DNA of 64,000 nt from an uncultured Acidimicrobiales bacterium (GCA_963787285.1 CAWBCM010000013.1:37562-101561), one strand, 5' to 3'; positions 11,190 through 23,283 are shown, numbered from the stretch's first letter. The notes: a model not told the origin generated them from the letters alone. Translations and numbers: made by a program.

Positions 11190-11715
11190 CGCGTAGCGGC
11201 GTACTGGCCGAGGTCGACTGGAACATCGCGCAGAACGTCTTCTTCGGCATCTGTTCGCGACCATCCTGGTGATCGCCGCGATCAAGGTGGTCACCACCAA
11301 GAACGTCGTGCACGCCGCCCTGTATCTCGTGGTGGTGCTGGCCGGGGTCGCCGCCCAGTTCATCCTGCTCGGCGCCGAGTTCGTCGCCATCACCCAGGTC
11401 CTCGTCTACATCGGCGCCGTCGTCGTGCTGTTCCTGTTCGGCATCATGCTCACCCGGGCCAAGCTCGGTGTCGACGACGAGCTCGACCAGGACAATCGGG
11501 TGCCGGCGCTGCTCACCGGCGTGCTCCTCGCCGGCGTGCTCGTCGTGACGCTCCTGCGGACCTTCGAGGACATCGAGCTCCCGGCCGAGACGCGCAGCAC
11601 CACCGCCCAGGTGTCCGACACCATCTTCAGCCAGTACATCGTGCCGTTCGAGGCGGTGTCGGTCCTCCTTCTCGCCGCACTCATCGGGGCCATCGTCGTG
11701 GCCAGGAAGGACTAG
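11186..11715 (+). CDS. nuoJ: NADH-quinone oxidoreductase subunit J, with an apparent 1-nt deletion near 11250
   Basis: [22 protein letters not shown] is in one frame (ATG 11186, ATGA overlap with nuoI). It continues as [25 protein letters not shown]... in ORF 11269..11715. Confidence 0.85.
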
Positions 11716-11723
11716 GGGCCGCC

Positions 11724-12024
11724 ATGTTGCTCAACCAGTTCCTCCTCCTCGCCGCCGATCCTGTTCTGCATCGGCGTGTACGGCGTGCTCGCCCGCCGCA
11801 ACGCCGTGCTCGTGCTCATGTCGATCGAGCTCATCCTCAACTCGGTCAACATCAACCTCGTCGCCTTCGGTGCCTTCAACGACACCGTGGCCGGTGAGGT
11901 GTTCGCGCTGTTCGTGATCGCCGTCGCCGCCGCCGAGGTCGGCGTCGGCCTGGCCATCGTCCTGCTCATCTATCGCAACCGCCGCAGCATCGACCTCAAC
12001 CAGGCCGATCTCATGAAGGGCTGA
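11724..12024 (+). CDS. nuoK: NADH-quinone oxidoreductase subunit K, with an apparent 1-nt insertion near 11756
   Basis: ATG 11724 gives [11 protein letters not shown]. The conserved [31 protein letters not shown] continues in the frame of ORF 11776..12024. Confidence 0.85.
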
Positions 12025-12029
12025 GGCAG

Positions 12030-14263
<2,234 letters not shown>

Positions 14264-14285
14264 GACGAGGATCCGAGAAACCATC

Positions 14286-15904
14286 ATGGAACTGCTCGAC
14301 GACTGGGTACTGACCGCTCGCCACGTTCCTGCCGCTGGTGGGTGCGGCGATCGTCATGGCGATCCCCGAGCAGAGGAGACAGCTGCATCAAGCTGGTTGC
14401 GTTGGGCACCGCCCTCGTCGTGGCCGCGCTGGGCGTGTACCTGCTCGTGCGAGTTCGACTACGACGACGGCCGGCGAGCTGCAGTTCGTGGTCGACAAGT
14501 CGTGGATCGACGTGATCAACAGCCGCTACATCGTCGGCATCGACGGCATCTCGCTTGCCGCTCGTCCTGCTCACGATGCTGGTGACGCCGGCCTCTGCAT
14601 CATCTACTCGTTCGGACCACTTCCCCGAGCCCCACAACCCCAAGGCGTTCCTGGCGCTCATCCTGATCCTCGAGACCGGCATGATCGGCACCTTCGTCGC
14701 CCAGGACCTCATCCTCTTCTTCGTGTTCTTCGAGGTCGTGCTGCTGCCGATGTTCTTCATGATCGGCGTGTGGGGTGGCGAGGACCGCAAGTACGCCTCG
14801 CTCAAGTTCTTCCTCTACACGATGTTCGGTTCGGCGCTGATGCTGGTGAGCTTCCTGGCGTTGTTCTTCCTCGCCGACGGCACACTCGCCGGCGTCGAGG
14901 CGAACACCTTCGACATGCGGGCCCTGCCGACCGCCGCCGGCGCGATCGCGTCGACCAGCCAGCTGTGGATCTTCGGTGGCATGTTCATCGGCTTCGGCGT
15001 CAAGGTGCCGATGTTCCCGTTCCACACCTGGCTGCCCGACGCCCACACCCAGGCACCCACGGAGGGCTCGGTCATCCTGGCCGCCGTGCTCCTGAAGCTC
15101 GGCACCTACGGGTTCGTCCGCATCGCCATCCCGATCCTCCCCGAGGCCGCCGTCGAGTGGGCGCCCTTCATCGGGCTGCTGGCGGTCATCGGCATCATCT
15201 ACGGTGCACTGGGCTGTCTGGCCCAGACCGACATGAAACGCCTGATCGCCTTCTCGTCGGTGGCCCACATGGGCTTCGTCATGCTCGGCATCGCGACCCT
15301 CACCGATTTCGGCATCAACGCCGCGGTCTTCGGCATGGTCGCGCACGGCCTCATCACCGGCATGTTGTTCTTCATCGCCGGCTCGGTGAAGGAGCGTTTC
15401 CACACCCTCGACATGTCCCGTCTCGGCGGTCTGCTCCTGCAGGCACCGCGAATGGGCTGGATCCTCGCCTTCTGTGCCATGGCGTCGCTCGGGCTGCCGG
15501 GCCTGGCCGGATTCTGGGGTGAGTTCCCGGCCATTCTGGCTTCGTACAATCCTGCAGGGCCGCTGAACGAGGCCGTGTTCCGGACCTACATGGTGGTGGC
15601 CGCACTCGGCACGGTGCTGGCCGCGGGCTATCTGCTGTGGATGCTCCAGAAGGCCGCCTTCGGAACCGTGAAGGAAGAATTCGTCGACGACCCGCACATC
15701 CACGACGCCACGCTCATCGAGTACCTCGCGTGGGCGCCGCTGCTCGCCCTCATCCTCGTGCTCGGCGTCTACCCCAACCTCTTGTTCGACCTCACCGACC
15801 CCGCCGTGGTGAACAGTCTCAGCACCTGCCTCACCGAGGTGGGCGAAGCCGCCGAGGCGTGTTTCGACGCCGGGGCCGGTATCTCCCAGGCTGCGGGCAA
15901 CTGA
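14286..15904 (+). pseudogene. nuoM: NADH-quinone oxidoreductase subunit M, frame broken about 7 times in the first ~330 nt and intact afterwards
   Basis: Segments switch frames up to about 14615: MELLDDWVLTA, TFLPLVGAAIVMAIPEQ, IKLVALGTALVVAALGVYLLV, EFDYDD, GELQFVVDKSWIDVINSRYIVGIDGISL, PLVLLTMLVT, LCIIYSF, DHFPEPHNPKAF.... ORF 14555..15904 then runs uninterrupted and includes FPFHTWLPDAHTQAPTEGSVILAAVLLKLGTYG. Confidence 0.85.
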
Positions 15905-15907
15905 CCG

Positions 15908-17437
15908 ATGTCGCTCGTTGCCGTGCTCGCCCAGCTGCCCCAGGCCGACTTCGTGCGGCCGGCCATCGACTGGCACGCGGTCGCGCCCGAGCTCACCTTG
16001 CTGGCGGCCGGAGCGCTGCTCACCCTGGTCGACATCATCGGTCTCGACCGCACCCGCCGCTACAGCGCGTCACTCACCGGCTTCGCCTTTCTCGCGCCGC
16101 TCATCCCGATCGCCACGCTCGCCATCGACGGCATCGGCGGCGAGCCCCGCAGCCTGTTCGGTGGCGCGTACGTGGTCGACGCCTACTCGCTGGTACTCAA
16201 GGCGATGTTCCTCGTCATCGGATACGTCGTCGTGTTGCTCAGCACGCAGTACATCGAGGAGGGCGACTACTGGGAGAGCGAGTACTACCAGATGCTCAGT
16301 GCCTCACTGCTGGGCATGGTGGTGATGGCCAGCGCCCGTGATCTCATCACGATCTTCGTGGCCCTCGAGCTGCTCTCGATCCCCGCCTACCTGCTCGCCA
16401 CATGGCGCAAGCGCGACGTGCGGTCGAACGAGGCCGGGATCAAGTACTACCTCATGGGCGTGTTCGCCTCGGCGGTGATGCTGTACGGCATGTCGCTGGT
16501 CTTCGGCGTGGTGGGCTCGACGAAGCTGGTCGACATCGGCAGCGCGCTCGGCGGGGCCATCGGCGACGAACCGGCCGTGACGCTGGGTCTCGTGTTCGTG
16601 ATCGTCGGCTTCGCATTCAAGGTGTCGGCGTTCCCCTTCCACATGTGGGCGCCCGACACCTACGAGGGCGCCCCCACGCCGGTCACCGCCTTCCTGGCCG
16701 TGGCGTCGAAAGCGGCGGGCTTCGTCGCCCTGATGAATCTCATCGTGGTCGGGTTCCTCGATCGCGAGGAGGTGTACCAGCCGGTGATCTTCCTGCTCGC
16801 CTCGGCCTCGATGTTCGCCGGCAACTTCATGGCTCTTCGCCAGACCAACGTCATCCGACTCATGGCCTATTCGGGTGTGGCCCAGGCCGGCTTCATGCTG
16901 GCACCGCTCGTCGTCGTGGGCGAGGCCGGTCTGGCCGACGACGCCGTCGGCTCCATCGTCACCTACATGGTCATCTATGCCGCGATGAACCTGGGGGCCT
17001 TCGGCGTGATCCTCACCGTCGCCCGCAAGACCCGATCCGGCGAGCTCACCAGTTTCGGGGGGCTGTTCGACTATGCCCCGGCGCTGGCCGTGCTCATGAC
17101 GGTCTTCCTCGCGTCGCTGGCCGGCATCCCGCCGCTCGGAGGGTGGTACGCCAAGTTCGGCATCTTCCGGTCTCTGATCGAGGCCGACACCGGCTGGGGC
17201 TACGGCCTGGCGGTCATCGCTGCGGTGAATACGGTGGTCGCGGCCGCCTACTACTTCAAGCTGGCGTCACGCATGTGGTTCGACGAGGTGCCCGACGGCG
17301 ACACCACCAAGATCCCGCTGCCGGCGCCGCTGCTGGCCGCACTGGCCCTCTGTTTGATCGGCACGCTGATCTGGGGAGTGGTTCCCGAGACGGTCACACA
17401 CTTCACCGAGGTCTCGCTGCTGGCGGCCGGCAGCTGA
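15908..17437 (+). CDS. nuoN: NADH-quinone oxidoreductase subunit N
   Basis: Intact 509-aa ORF containing FPFHMWAPDTYEGAPTPVTAFLAVASKAAGF. It is the last gene of the operon. Confidence 0.93.
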   Translation: MSLVAVLAQLPQADFVRPAIDWHAVAPELTLLAAGALLTLVDIIGLDRTRRYSASLTGFAFLAPLIPIATLAIDGIGGEPRSLFGGAYVVDAYSLVLKAMFLVIGYVVVLLSTQYIEEGDYWESEYYQMLSASLLGMVVMASARDLITIFVALELLSIPAYLLATWRKRDVRSNEAGIKYYLMGVFASAVMLYGMSLVFGVVGSTKLVDIGSALGGAIGDEPAVTLGLVFVIVGFAFKVSAFPFHMWAPDTYEGAPTPVTAFLAVASKAAGFVALMNLIVVGFLDREEVYQPVIFLLASASMFAGNFMALRQTNVIRLMAYSGVAQAGFMLAPLVVVGEAGLADDAVGSIVTYMVIYAAMNLGAFGVILTVARKTRSGELTSFGGLFDYAPALAVLMTVFLASLAGIPPLGGWYAKFGIFRSLIEADTGWGYGLAVIAAVNTVVAAAYYFKLASRMWFDEVPDGDTTKIPLPAPLLAALALCLIGTLIWGVVPETVTHFTEVSLLAAGS

Positions 17438-17438
17438 T

Positions 17439-18437
17439 TCAGACCACGTCGGCGATGACGTCGACGGCGGTCTTGATGTCGGCCTCGCTCACGTCGAGGT
17501 GGGTGACCAGACGCCCACCGTGGGGGCCGAGCAACGTGTCGACTCCGGCCGCCCGCAGCCGTTGGGCGACGCCTTCGACGGGAGAGTCGAGCCCGACGAA
17601 CACCATGTTGGTTCCGGTGTAGTCGGTGGTGACACCCGCCAGCGCGGCCAGACCCTCGGCCAGCCGCGCCGCGTTGGCGTGGTCTTCGGCGAGCCGATCG
17701 ATGTGATGGTCGAACGCGTGGAGACATGCGGCCGCCAGGCTCCCTGCCTGCCGCATGCCGCCGCCCACCATCTTGCGCCACTTGCGGGCCTCGGCGATCA
17801 GCGCAGCGCTGCCGACCAGCACCGACCCCACCGGCGCACCGAGACCCTTCGACATGCACAGCGACACCGTGTCGAACGGCTCGGTCATCACCGCGATGTC
17901 TACGTCGAGGGCGACGGCGGCGTTCCAGATGCGGGCACCGTCGAGATGCAGGCTCAGCCCGTGGCGGGCGGCGACGGCGGCCGCCTCCTCGTGGAACTCG
18001 GGCGTGAGCACCTTGCCGTCGTGGGTGTTCTCGAGGCACAGCAGCCGCGACCGGGCGAAGTGCTCGTTTTCGGGCTTCACGACCGACTCGACATGGGCGA
18101 GGTCGAGGCGACCGTCGGGGAGGATCCGGACGGGTTGGGGCTGGATCGAGCCCAGCACTGCCGCGCCGCCACCCTCGTACTTGTAGGTGTGCGCGACCTC
18201 GCCGACGATGTACTCGTCGCCCCGTTGGCAGTGGGCGAGCAGAGCGACGAGGTTGCTCTGCGTCCCCGACGAGGCGAAGAGCGCCGCTTCGAATCCGAGA
18301 CGTTCGGCCACCCAGCTCTGCAACCGGTTCACCGACGGGTCGTCGCCGAACACGTCGTCGCCGACATCGGCGGCAGCCATCGCGGCCCGCATGGCCTCGG
18401 TGGGGCGGGTCACGGTGTCGGAACGGAGGTCGATCAC
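17439..18437 (-). CDS. ltaE: low-specificity L-threonine aldolase (PLP-dependent)
   Basis: Contains IDLRSDTVTRPT...DDVFGDDPSVNRLQ...SGTQSN...SLCMSKGLGAPVGS. Start taken at GTG 18435-18437. The ORF extends to 18503, but that would overlap the divergent gene. Confidence 0.85.
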   Translation of the reverse strand: MIDLRSDTVTRPTEAMRAAMAAADVGDDVFGDDPSVNRLQSWVAERLGFEAALFASSGTQSNLVALLAHCQRGDEYIVGEVAHTYKYEGGGAAVLGSIQPQPVRILPDGRLDLAHVESVVKPENEHFARSRLLCLENTHDGKVLTPEFHEEAAAVAARHGLSLHLDGARIWNAAVALDVDIAVMTEPFDTVSLCMSKGLGAPVGSVLVGSAALIAEARKWRKMVGGGMRQAGSLAAACLHAFDHHIDRLAEDHANAARLAEGLAALAGVTTDYTGTNMVFVGLDSPVEGVAQRLRAAGVDTLLGPHGGRLVTHLDVSEADIKTAVDVIADVV

Positions 18438-18490
18438 CCGGTCACTGTGCCCGTCCGCACCCGCACGCGCAACCGCTAGCGTCGGCCATC

Positions 18491-19612
18491 GTGAACGCGG
18501 CATCCGTCATCCGAGCCGAGATCGAACGCCATGGTTCGCTTCCGTTCTCGCGGTTCCAGGAGCTGGCCCTGTACGGACCCGGCGGGTTCTACGCGGCGGG
18601 AGGAGCCGGCCGAGGCCGCGACTTCCTCACCAGCCCCGAGGTCGGCCCCCTCTTCGGGGCCGTCGTGGCCCGGTTCCTCGATGCGACCTGGGCCGAGCTC
18701 GGCCATCCGGACCCCTTCGTGGTGGTCGAAGCCGGGGCCGGACCCGGCATGTTGGCGGCCACGATCTTGGCAGCCGAGCCGAAGTGTCTGACTGCGCTGC
18801 GCTACGTGCTGGTCGACCGGGTCGAGCAACAGCGCGACCGACAGGCCCGACGACTCCCACTCGTGCCGGCGGCGGAGGCCTTCGCGGCGTCGGCGGAGGA
18901 TCGCGACGGCGAGATCGTTCCGCCGGCGGCCGACGGGCCGCTGCTCGTCGCCCTCGAAGCCCTGCCCCGCCAGATCGACACCGGCGTGATCATCGCCAAC
19001 GAGCTCCTCGACAATCTGCCCGTCGACATCGTCGAGCTGCAGCCCGACGGCTGGCACGAGGTCCGTGTCGGGGCGGCCGGCAACGACTTCGTCGAGGTCC
19101 TGGCTCCGGCGACCGAGACCCTGACCCGGACCGCCGAGCGGGTCGCCGCCACCGCCGATCCGGGGGCACGCATCCCGATCCAGCACGCCGCGCTCGAGTG
19201 GCTCCGGGAGGCGTTCGATTCGTTGCGGTCGGGTCGGGTCGTGGTGTTCGACTACATGCGGTCCACCCTCGAGATGGCTGCGGTCGGACCGGGCTCGTGG
19301 CTGCGGACCTACCGGGGCCACGAGCGGGGAGGGGACCCGTTGACCTTCCCGGGCCGCGCCGACATCACCTGCGACGTGGCCGTCGACCAGCTGGCTTTCG
19401 CCCGCCGTCCGGGCTCGGTGACCGCCCAGCGCGACTGGCTGCGGACCCATGGCCTCGATGCGCTGGTCGAGGAGGGGCGCGAGATGTGGCACGAACGGGC
19501 GTCGGTCGGCGACCTCGCAGCCGTCCGGGGCCGCAGTCGGATCGGCGAGTCCGAGGCGCTCACCGACCCCGAGGGCCTCGGCTCGTTCACCGTTGTCGAG
19601 TGGCGCTCCTGA
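18491..19612 (+). CDS. SAM-dependent methyltransferase, MidA/NDUFAF7 (DUF185) family
   Basis: 373-aa ORF with a GTG start. It contains LPFSRFQELALYGPGGFYAAGG...DFLTSPEVGPLFG...VVEAGAGPGMLA...IIANELLDNLPV, typical of MidA-like methyltransferases. Confidence 0.75.
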   Translation: MNAASVIRAEIERHGSLPFSRFQELALYGPGGFYAAGGAGRGRDFLTSPEVGPLFGAVVARFLDATWAELGHPDPFVVVEAGAGPGMLAATILAAEPKCLTALRYVLVDRVEQQRDRQARRLPLVPAAEAFAASAEDRDGEIVPPAADGPLLVALEALPRQIDTGVIIANELLDNLPVDIVELQPDGWHEVRVGAAGNDFVEVLAPATETLTRTAERVAATADPGARIPIQHAALEWLREAFDSLRSGRVVVFDYMRSTLEMAAVGPGSWLRTYRGHERGGDPLTFPGRADITCDVAVDQLAFARRPGSVTAQRDWLRTHGLDALVEEGREMWHERASVGDLAAVRGRSRIGESEALTDPEGLGSFTVVEWRS

Positions 19613-19645
19613 CCCCGCCGTCGATCCCCGTTACACTTACGCTGT

Positions 19646-20281
19646 ATGTCGACGATCGAGCGTCAGCCGCTCACCCGTGATCGCATCGCCGAGGCCGCCC
19701 TCGGGCTCATCGATGCCGACGGCCTCGACGCACTGACCATGCGCAAGCTCGGTGCCTCACTCGGCGTCGAGGCGATGTCGCTCTACAACCACGTGGCGAA
19801 CAAGGACGACGTGCTCGGCGCAGTGGCCGATCTGTTGAGCGCTCGGGTCAGCGAGCACTTCCATGCCCACACCACCGGTGAGTGGCACGCCGATGCCCGG
19901 GCGCTGGCCATGGCGTGGTGGACGATCGGTCTGGCTCATCCTCATGCCTTCACGCTGATCTCCGACCATGTGTACGACTCTCCCAGCGCCATCCAGAAGA
20001 TGGCCGACGTGTACAGCGTCTTCGCCCGCACCGGCCTCGACATGGCGCAGGTCTCCGACGCGTTTCACACCGCGGCCTCCTACGTGGTCGGGGCGGTGCG
20101 CCAGGAGCTCACCGTGCTCGAGGCGCTGCGCAACGGCGCCGGTTTCGACGAGGCCGCGCTGCCCGAGGGGTTCGAATGGCTGGTCGACTTCAAGGCTGCC
20201 TGCGTCGCCACGCCGGGCGAGGCGCAGTTCCGTCGCGGACTCGAGATCGTGCTCACCGGCATCGACGCGCTGCTCGACTGA
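19646..20281 (+). CDS. TetR/AcrR family transcriptional regulator
   Basis: N-terminal HTH: RDRIAEAALGLIDADGLDALTMRKLGASLGVEAMSLYNHVANKDDVL. The C-terminal domain looks like the tetracycline-repressor type. Confidence 0.88.
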   Translation: MSTIERQPLTRDRIAEAALGLIDADGLDALTMRKLGASLGVEAMSLYNHVANKDDVLGAVADLLSARVSEHFHAHTTGEWHADARALAMAWWTIGLAHPHAFTLISDHVYDSPSAIQKMADVYSVFARTGLDMAQVSDAFHTAASYVVGAVRQELTVLEALRNGAGFDEAALPEGFEWLVDFKAACVATPGEAQFRRGLEIVLTGIDALLD

Positions 20282-20320
20282 CCGTCGGGGCCAGCTCGGC
20301 GGTCGACTCCGAGCGCGACT

Positions 20321-20354
20321 GCGGCCGCGAGTCCGGGCGGTGACTCGCGGCCGC
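20321..20354. terminator. 13-bp GC-rich hairpin between the convergent tetR-like and mmpL genes
   Basis: GCGGCCGCGAGTC (20321-20333), loop cgggcggt, GACTCGCGGCCGC (20342-20354). Confidence 0.5.
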
Positions 20355-20457
20355 AACCGCCGGGGTTACCGGCAGCAAAAATCTACACGAGGCTAGGTCT
20401 CCTATCCCACTATGGCTGTTCGAATTGGGTCACCGGCCTCACAGCCGATGGGCAACA

Positions 20458-22608
20458 TCACCCACCGACGAGCACTTCACGGTCGCGACCTCGCAGGTCA
20501 GCGGGTACAACGGGCTGATGAGGCCCGGTACCACTCGGGGCCTCGTGAAGGCCGAAACGATCGTGAAAGCGCCGCAGTGGCGCCGGCGCCCACCAGTTCC
20601 ACTCGCCCATCAGACGCATCGTGGCCGGCACCAACAACGTCCGCACCACCGTTGCGTCGAGCACGATGGCCAGGGCGAAGCCGATGCCCAGCGCCTTCAT
20701 CTCGACGCCGGCTCCGGTGGCAAAGGCCCCGAAGACGACGCCGATCAGCAGCGCGGCCGAGGTGATGATCTTGCCGGTTCGCTGGAGCCCTTCGGCCACC
20801 GCGTGATCGTTGTCACCGGTCTCGTCGTGGATCTCCTTGATCCGGGCGAGCAGGAACACCTCGTAGTCCATCGAGAGACCGAAGGCGATGAAGAACACCA
20901 GGAACGGAAGCCACAGCGACAGATAGCCGATGTCGTCGAAGCCGAGCAGGCCGGCCAGGTGGCCGTCCTGGAAGCCCCAGACGAGCACACCGAAGGTGGC
21001 GGTGAGCGACAGCATGTTCATCACGAGCGCCTTGATCGGCACGATCACCGAACCGGTGAGCAGGAACAACAGCACCAACGTGGCTGCGGCCACGAAGCCC
21101 AGCGCCCGAGGCAGCCGGTCGTACAGGGCATTTCGTTGGTCGGTGAGGCTGGCCGCAGGGCCGGTGACCGCAGTCGCGAAGTCGGTGTCGAGAGCCCGGA
21201 TCTCGGCCACGACGCCTTCGGCGGTGGCGCTCTGAGCGGGCCCTGCCGGCAGGACGTCGACGACGGCGACGCCGTCGCTCACCGCTCGGATGTCGACACC
21301 GAGCACGTCGTCGAGCGCGACGAGCGAGTCGACGTAGTCGTCGATCGCCGTGAGGTCGGTCACATCGGCCAGCACCGTGATCGGGTCGTCACCGCCGATC
21401 AGGAACCGGTTCTCCCGTTCGTCGAACACCTGCCGGGTCTCGAGCGACGACGGCAGCGCTTCGGCGCCGGGGATCTGCAGCCGCACGCCCAGGAACGGCG
21501 TGGCCAGGACCAACAGTCCGGTGGTGACGGCGACCGCGGTGACCGCCGGTCGGGCTTGGACCGTGCGGGCGATCCGTCGGAAGCGATGGCCTCCGTCGGC
21601 GCCGGCCGGGCGGATGCGATGCCCGAACGAGGCGAGGATGGCAGGAAGCAACGTCAGCGCGACGATCATGGCCAGCAGGACCACGCCCATGCTGCCCAGC
21701 CCGATCGAAGGGAAGACGTTGCCGCTCAACATCAGGAACCCCCCGAGGGCAACCGCCACGGTGAGGCCGCTGAAGGCGACCGTCACACCGGCCGTCTCCA
21801 CCGTTCGACGCACCGCAGCCTCGACATCGAGCCCCGCCCCGCGCTCCTCACGGAAGCGATTGACGATCAACAAGGCGTAGTCGACCGCCAGTCCGAGGCC
21901 GAGCATCGTCGCCGCGTTGAGCGCGAAGACGTGGATGTCGGTGACCTCGGTGAGGAGCCGGAGGACGAGCAGCGTGCCCGGAATGGCGATCAGGGCGACG
22001 ATCACGGGCAGGGTGGCGGCCAACAAGCCGCCGAAGATCACGACGGCCAGGACCAACACCACCGGGAGACTGAGGAGCTCGGCCTTCTGGAGGTCGGCCT
22101 CGGTCTGTTCGACGCTCTCCTCGTCGAGCAGGGCCTGCCCGCCGATCAGGACGCGTTCGGCAGCAACGGTGCGGAGCTCGGCCTCGACGGCATGGACGGT
22201 GTCGGAGTACTCGTCGTCGCCGAGCGTCGGGTCGACCGCAACGGCGACCAGAATCGCGCGGCCGTCGGTCGAGACGAGGAGTGGGCCGGCCGTCGACGGA
22301 TCGACGACCTCGACCACGTGAGGAAGAGCGGTGAGTCGGTCAACATGGGATCGGATCTCCATTCGGGTTTCGGGATCGTTCGGGTCGATGCCGTCGATGA
22401 AGGCGACGACATCGGGGGCGGCGTGGCCGATGGCCTCGAGCCGCTCGTCGGCCAGCGCCGACTCGACGCCGGCATCGCCTTCGGCGTCGGTGACGAGCCG
22501 GTCGACGGCGGTGCTGCCGAGGGTGATGGCCACCGCCACGAACAGGCCCCATGCAAGGAGGGTCAGGCGGCGATGGGCGACGAGCAGTGAGGCAAGGGTG
22601 GTGAACAT
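20458..22608 (-). CDS. MMPL/RND-superfamily membrane transporter
   Basis: 716 aa from ATG 22606-22608: MFTTLASLLVAHRRLTLLAWGLFV.... Two 6-TM bundles with large loops, and segments such as FGLSMDYEVFLLARIKE and LGLAVDYALLIVNRFREE are typical of MMPL proteins. Confidence 0.9.
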   Translation of the reverse strand: MFTTLASLLVAHRRLTLLAWGLFVAVAITLGSTAVDRLVTDAEGDAGVESALADERLEAIGHAAPDVVAFIDGIDPNDPETRMEIRSHVDRLTALPHVVEVVDPSTAGPLLVSTDGRAILVAVAVDPTLGDDEYSDTVHAVEAELRTVAAERVLIGGQALLDEESVEQTEADLQKAELLSLPVVLVLAVVIFGGLLAATLPVIVALIAIPGTLLVLRLLTEVTDIHVFALNAATMLGLGLAVDYALLIVNRFREERGAGLDVEAAVRRTVETAGVTVAFSGLTVAVALGGFLMLSGNVFPSIGLGSMGVVLLAMIVALTLLPAILASFGHRIRPAGADGGHRFRRIARTVQARPAVTAVAVTTGLLVLATPFLGVRLQIPGAEALPSSLETRQVFDERENRFLIGGDDPITVLADVTDLTAIDDYVDSLVALDDVLGVDIRAVSDGVAVVDVLPAGPAQSATAEGVVAEIRALDTDFATAVTGPAASLTDQRNALYDRLPRALGFVAAATLVLLFLLTGSVIVPIKALVMNMLSLTATFGVLVWGFQDGHLAGLLGFDDIGYLSLWLPFLVFFIAFGLSMDYEVFLLARIKEIHDETGDNDHAVAEGLQRTGKIITSAALLIGVVFGAFATGAGVEMKALGIGFALAIVLDATVVRTLLVPATMRLMGEWNWWAPAPLRRFHDRFGLHEAPSGTGPHQPVVPADLRGRDREVLVGG

Positions 22609-22619
22609 CAGCGACTCCG

Positions 22620-22680
22620 AGCGGTACTTACAGCGTAAACTTACTCTGTAAGGTATAGAACTTACGAAGTAAGTACGCAA
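22620..22680. promoter_or_regulatory. AT-rich mmpL upstream region with five ACTTAC/GTAAG half-sites (candidate operator array)
   Basis: ACTTAC at 22625, 22639 and 22660. GTAAG(T) at 22648 and 22669. Perfect palindrome ACTTAC-gaa-GTAAGT at 22660-22674. CTTACAG(22627)...CTGTAAG(22646) form an inverted repeat. Confidence 0.45.
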
Positions 22681-22704
22681 GCAGAAGTTTCCCGGAGCGC
22701 GAAC

Positions 22705-22732
22705 GAGGACGGGGCCGATGAGCCCCGTCCTC
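22705..22732 (-). terminator. hairpin downstream of mscL
   Basis: GAGGACGGGGC (22705-22715), loop cgatga, GCCCCGTCCTC (22722-22732). There is no clear U-tract. Confidence 0.45.
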
Positions 22733-22759
22733 GGACGAAAGACGTGTGCTGAGCAGGTA

Positions 22760-23119
22760 TTACCGGTTGGCCAACGCGTCCCGGATCTCGGTGAGGAGCT
22801 CGACCTCGCTCGGGCCTGCATCCTCCTCTTCCGGTGGTACGGCCTGGTTGTAGGCCTTGACCAGGAGGAACAGGACGGCCGCAACGGAGACGAACGACAC
22901 AATGGCCGTGATGACGAAGCCCACGCCGATGCGGGCATCGCCGAGGTCGAAGCCGATGGTGTCGAAGTTGGGCTCTCCGACGATGGCGGCGACGATCGGC
23001 ATGAGGATGTGCTCGACGATGCTGTCGATGACGGGCACGAACGCCAGAGCCAGTATCAGTCCGACAGCCGCCTGGAACACGCCGCCCTTGCTGATGAAGT
23101 CCTTGAACTCTTGAATCAT
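22760..23119 (-). CDS. mscL: large-conductance mechanosensitive channel
   Basis: MIQEFKDFISKGGVFQAAVGLILALAFVPVIDSIVEHILMPIV... from ATG 23117-23119. Confidence 0.93.
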   Translation of the reverse strand: MIQEFKDFISKGGVFQAAVGLILALAFVPVIDSIVEHILMPIVAAIVGEPNFDTIGFDLGDARIGVGFVITAIVSFVSVAAVLFLLVKAYNQAVPPEEEDAGPSEVELLTEIRDALANR

Positions 23120-23283
23120 TCTGACTGACCGCTTTCTGCTGGTGATCCCCTTGTTGGCGGACCAAGATAGTCGCAAGCGCAGCAACGACGCAGGATTGCC
23201 ATCGACTGCGCCTTCGCCTACCGCAGGGTTGCCCTACTAGTCTCGCCACCGACGGGTCACCGCCAGAGCCAAGGAGCACGACG

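Noticed and set aside
20425-22590. 721-aa ORF on the plus strand, opposite the MMPL gene.
   Set aside because: The translation is low-complexity and Arg/Gly/Asp/His-rich with no recognisable motifs. It is a typical stop-free antisense frame in GC-rich DNA, and the minus-strand MMPL protein explains the region.
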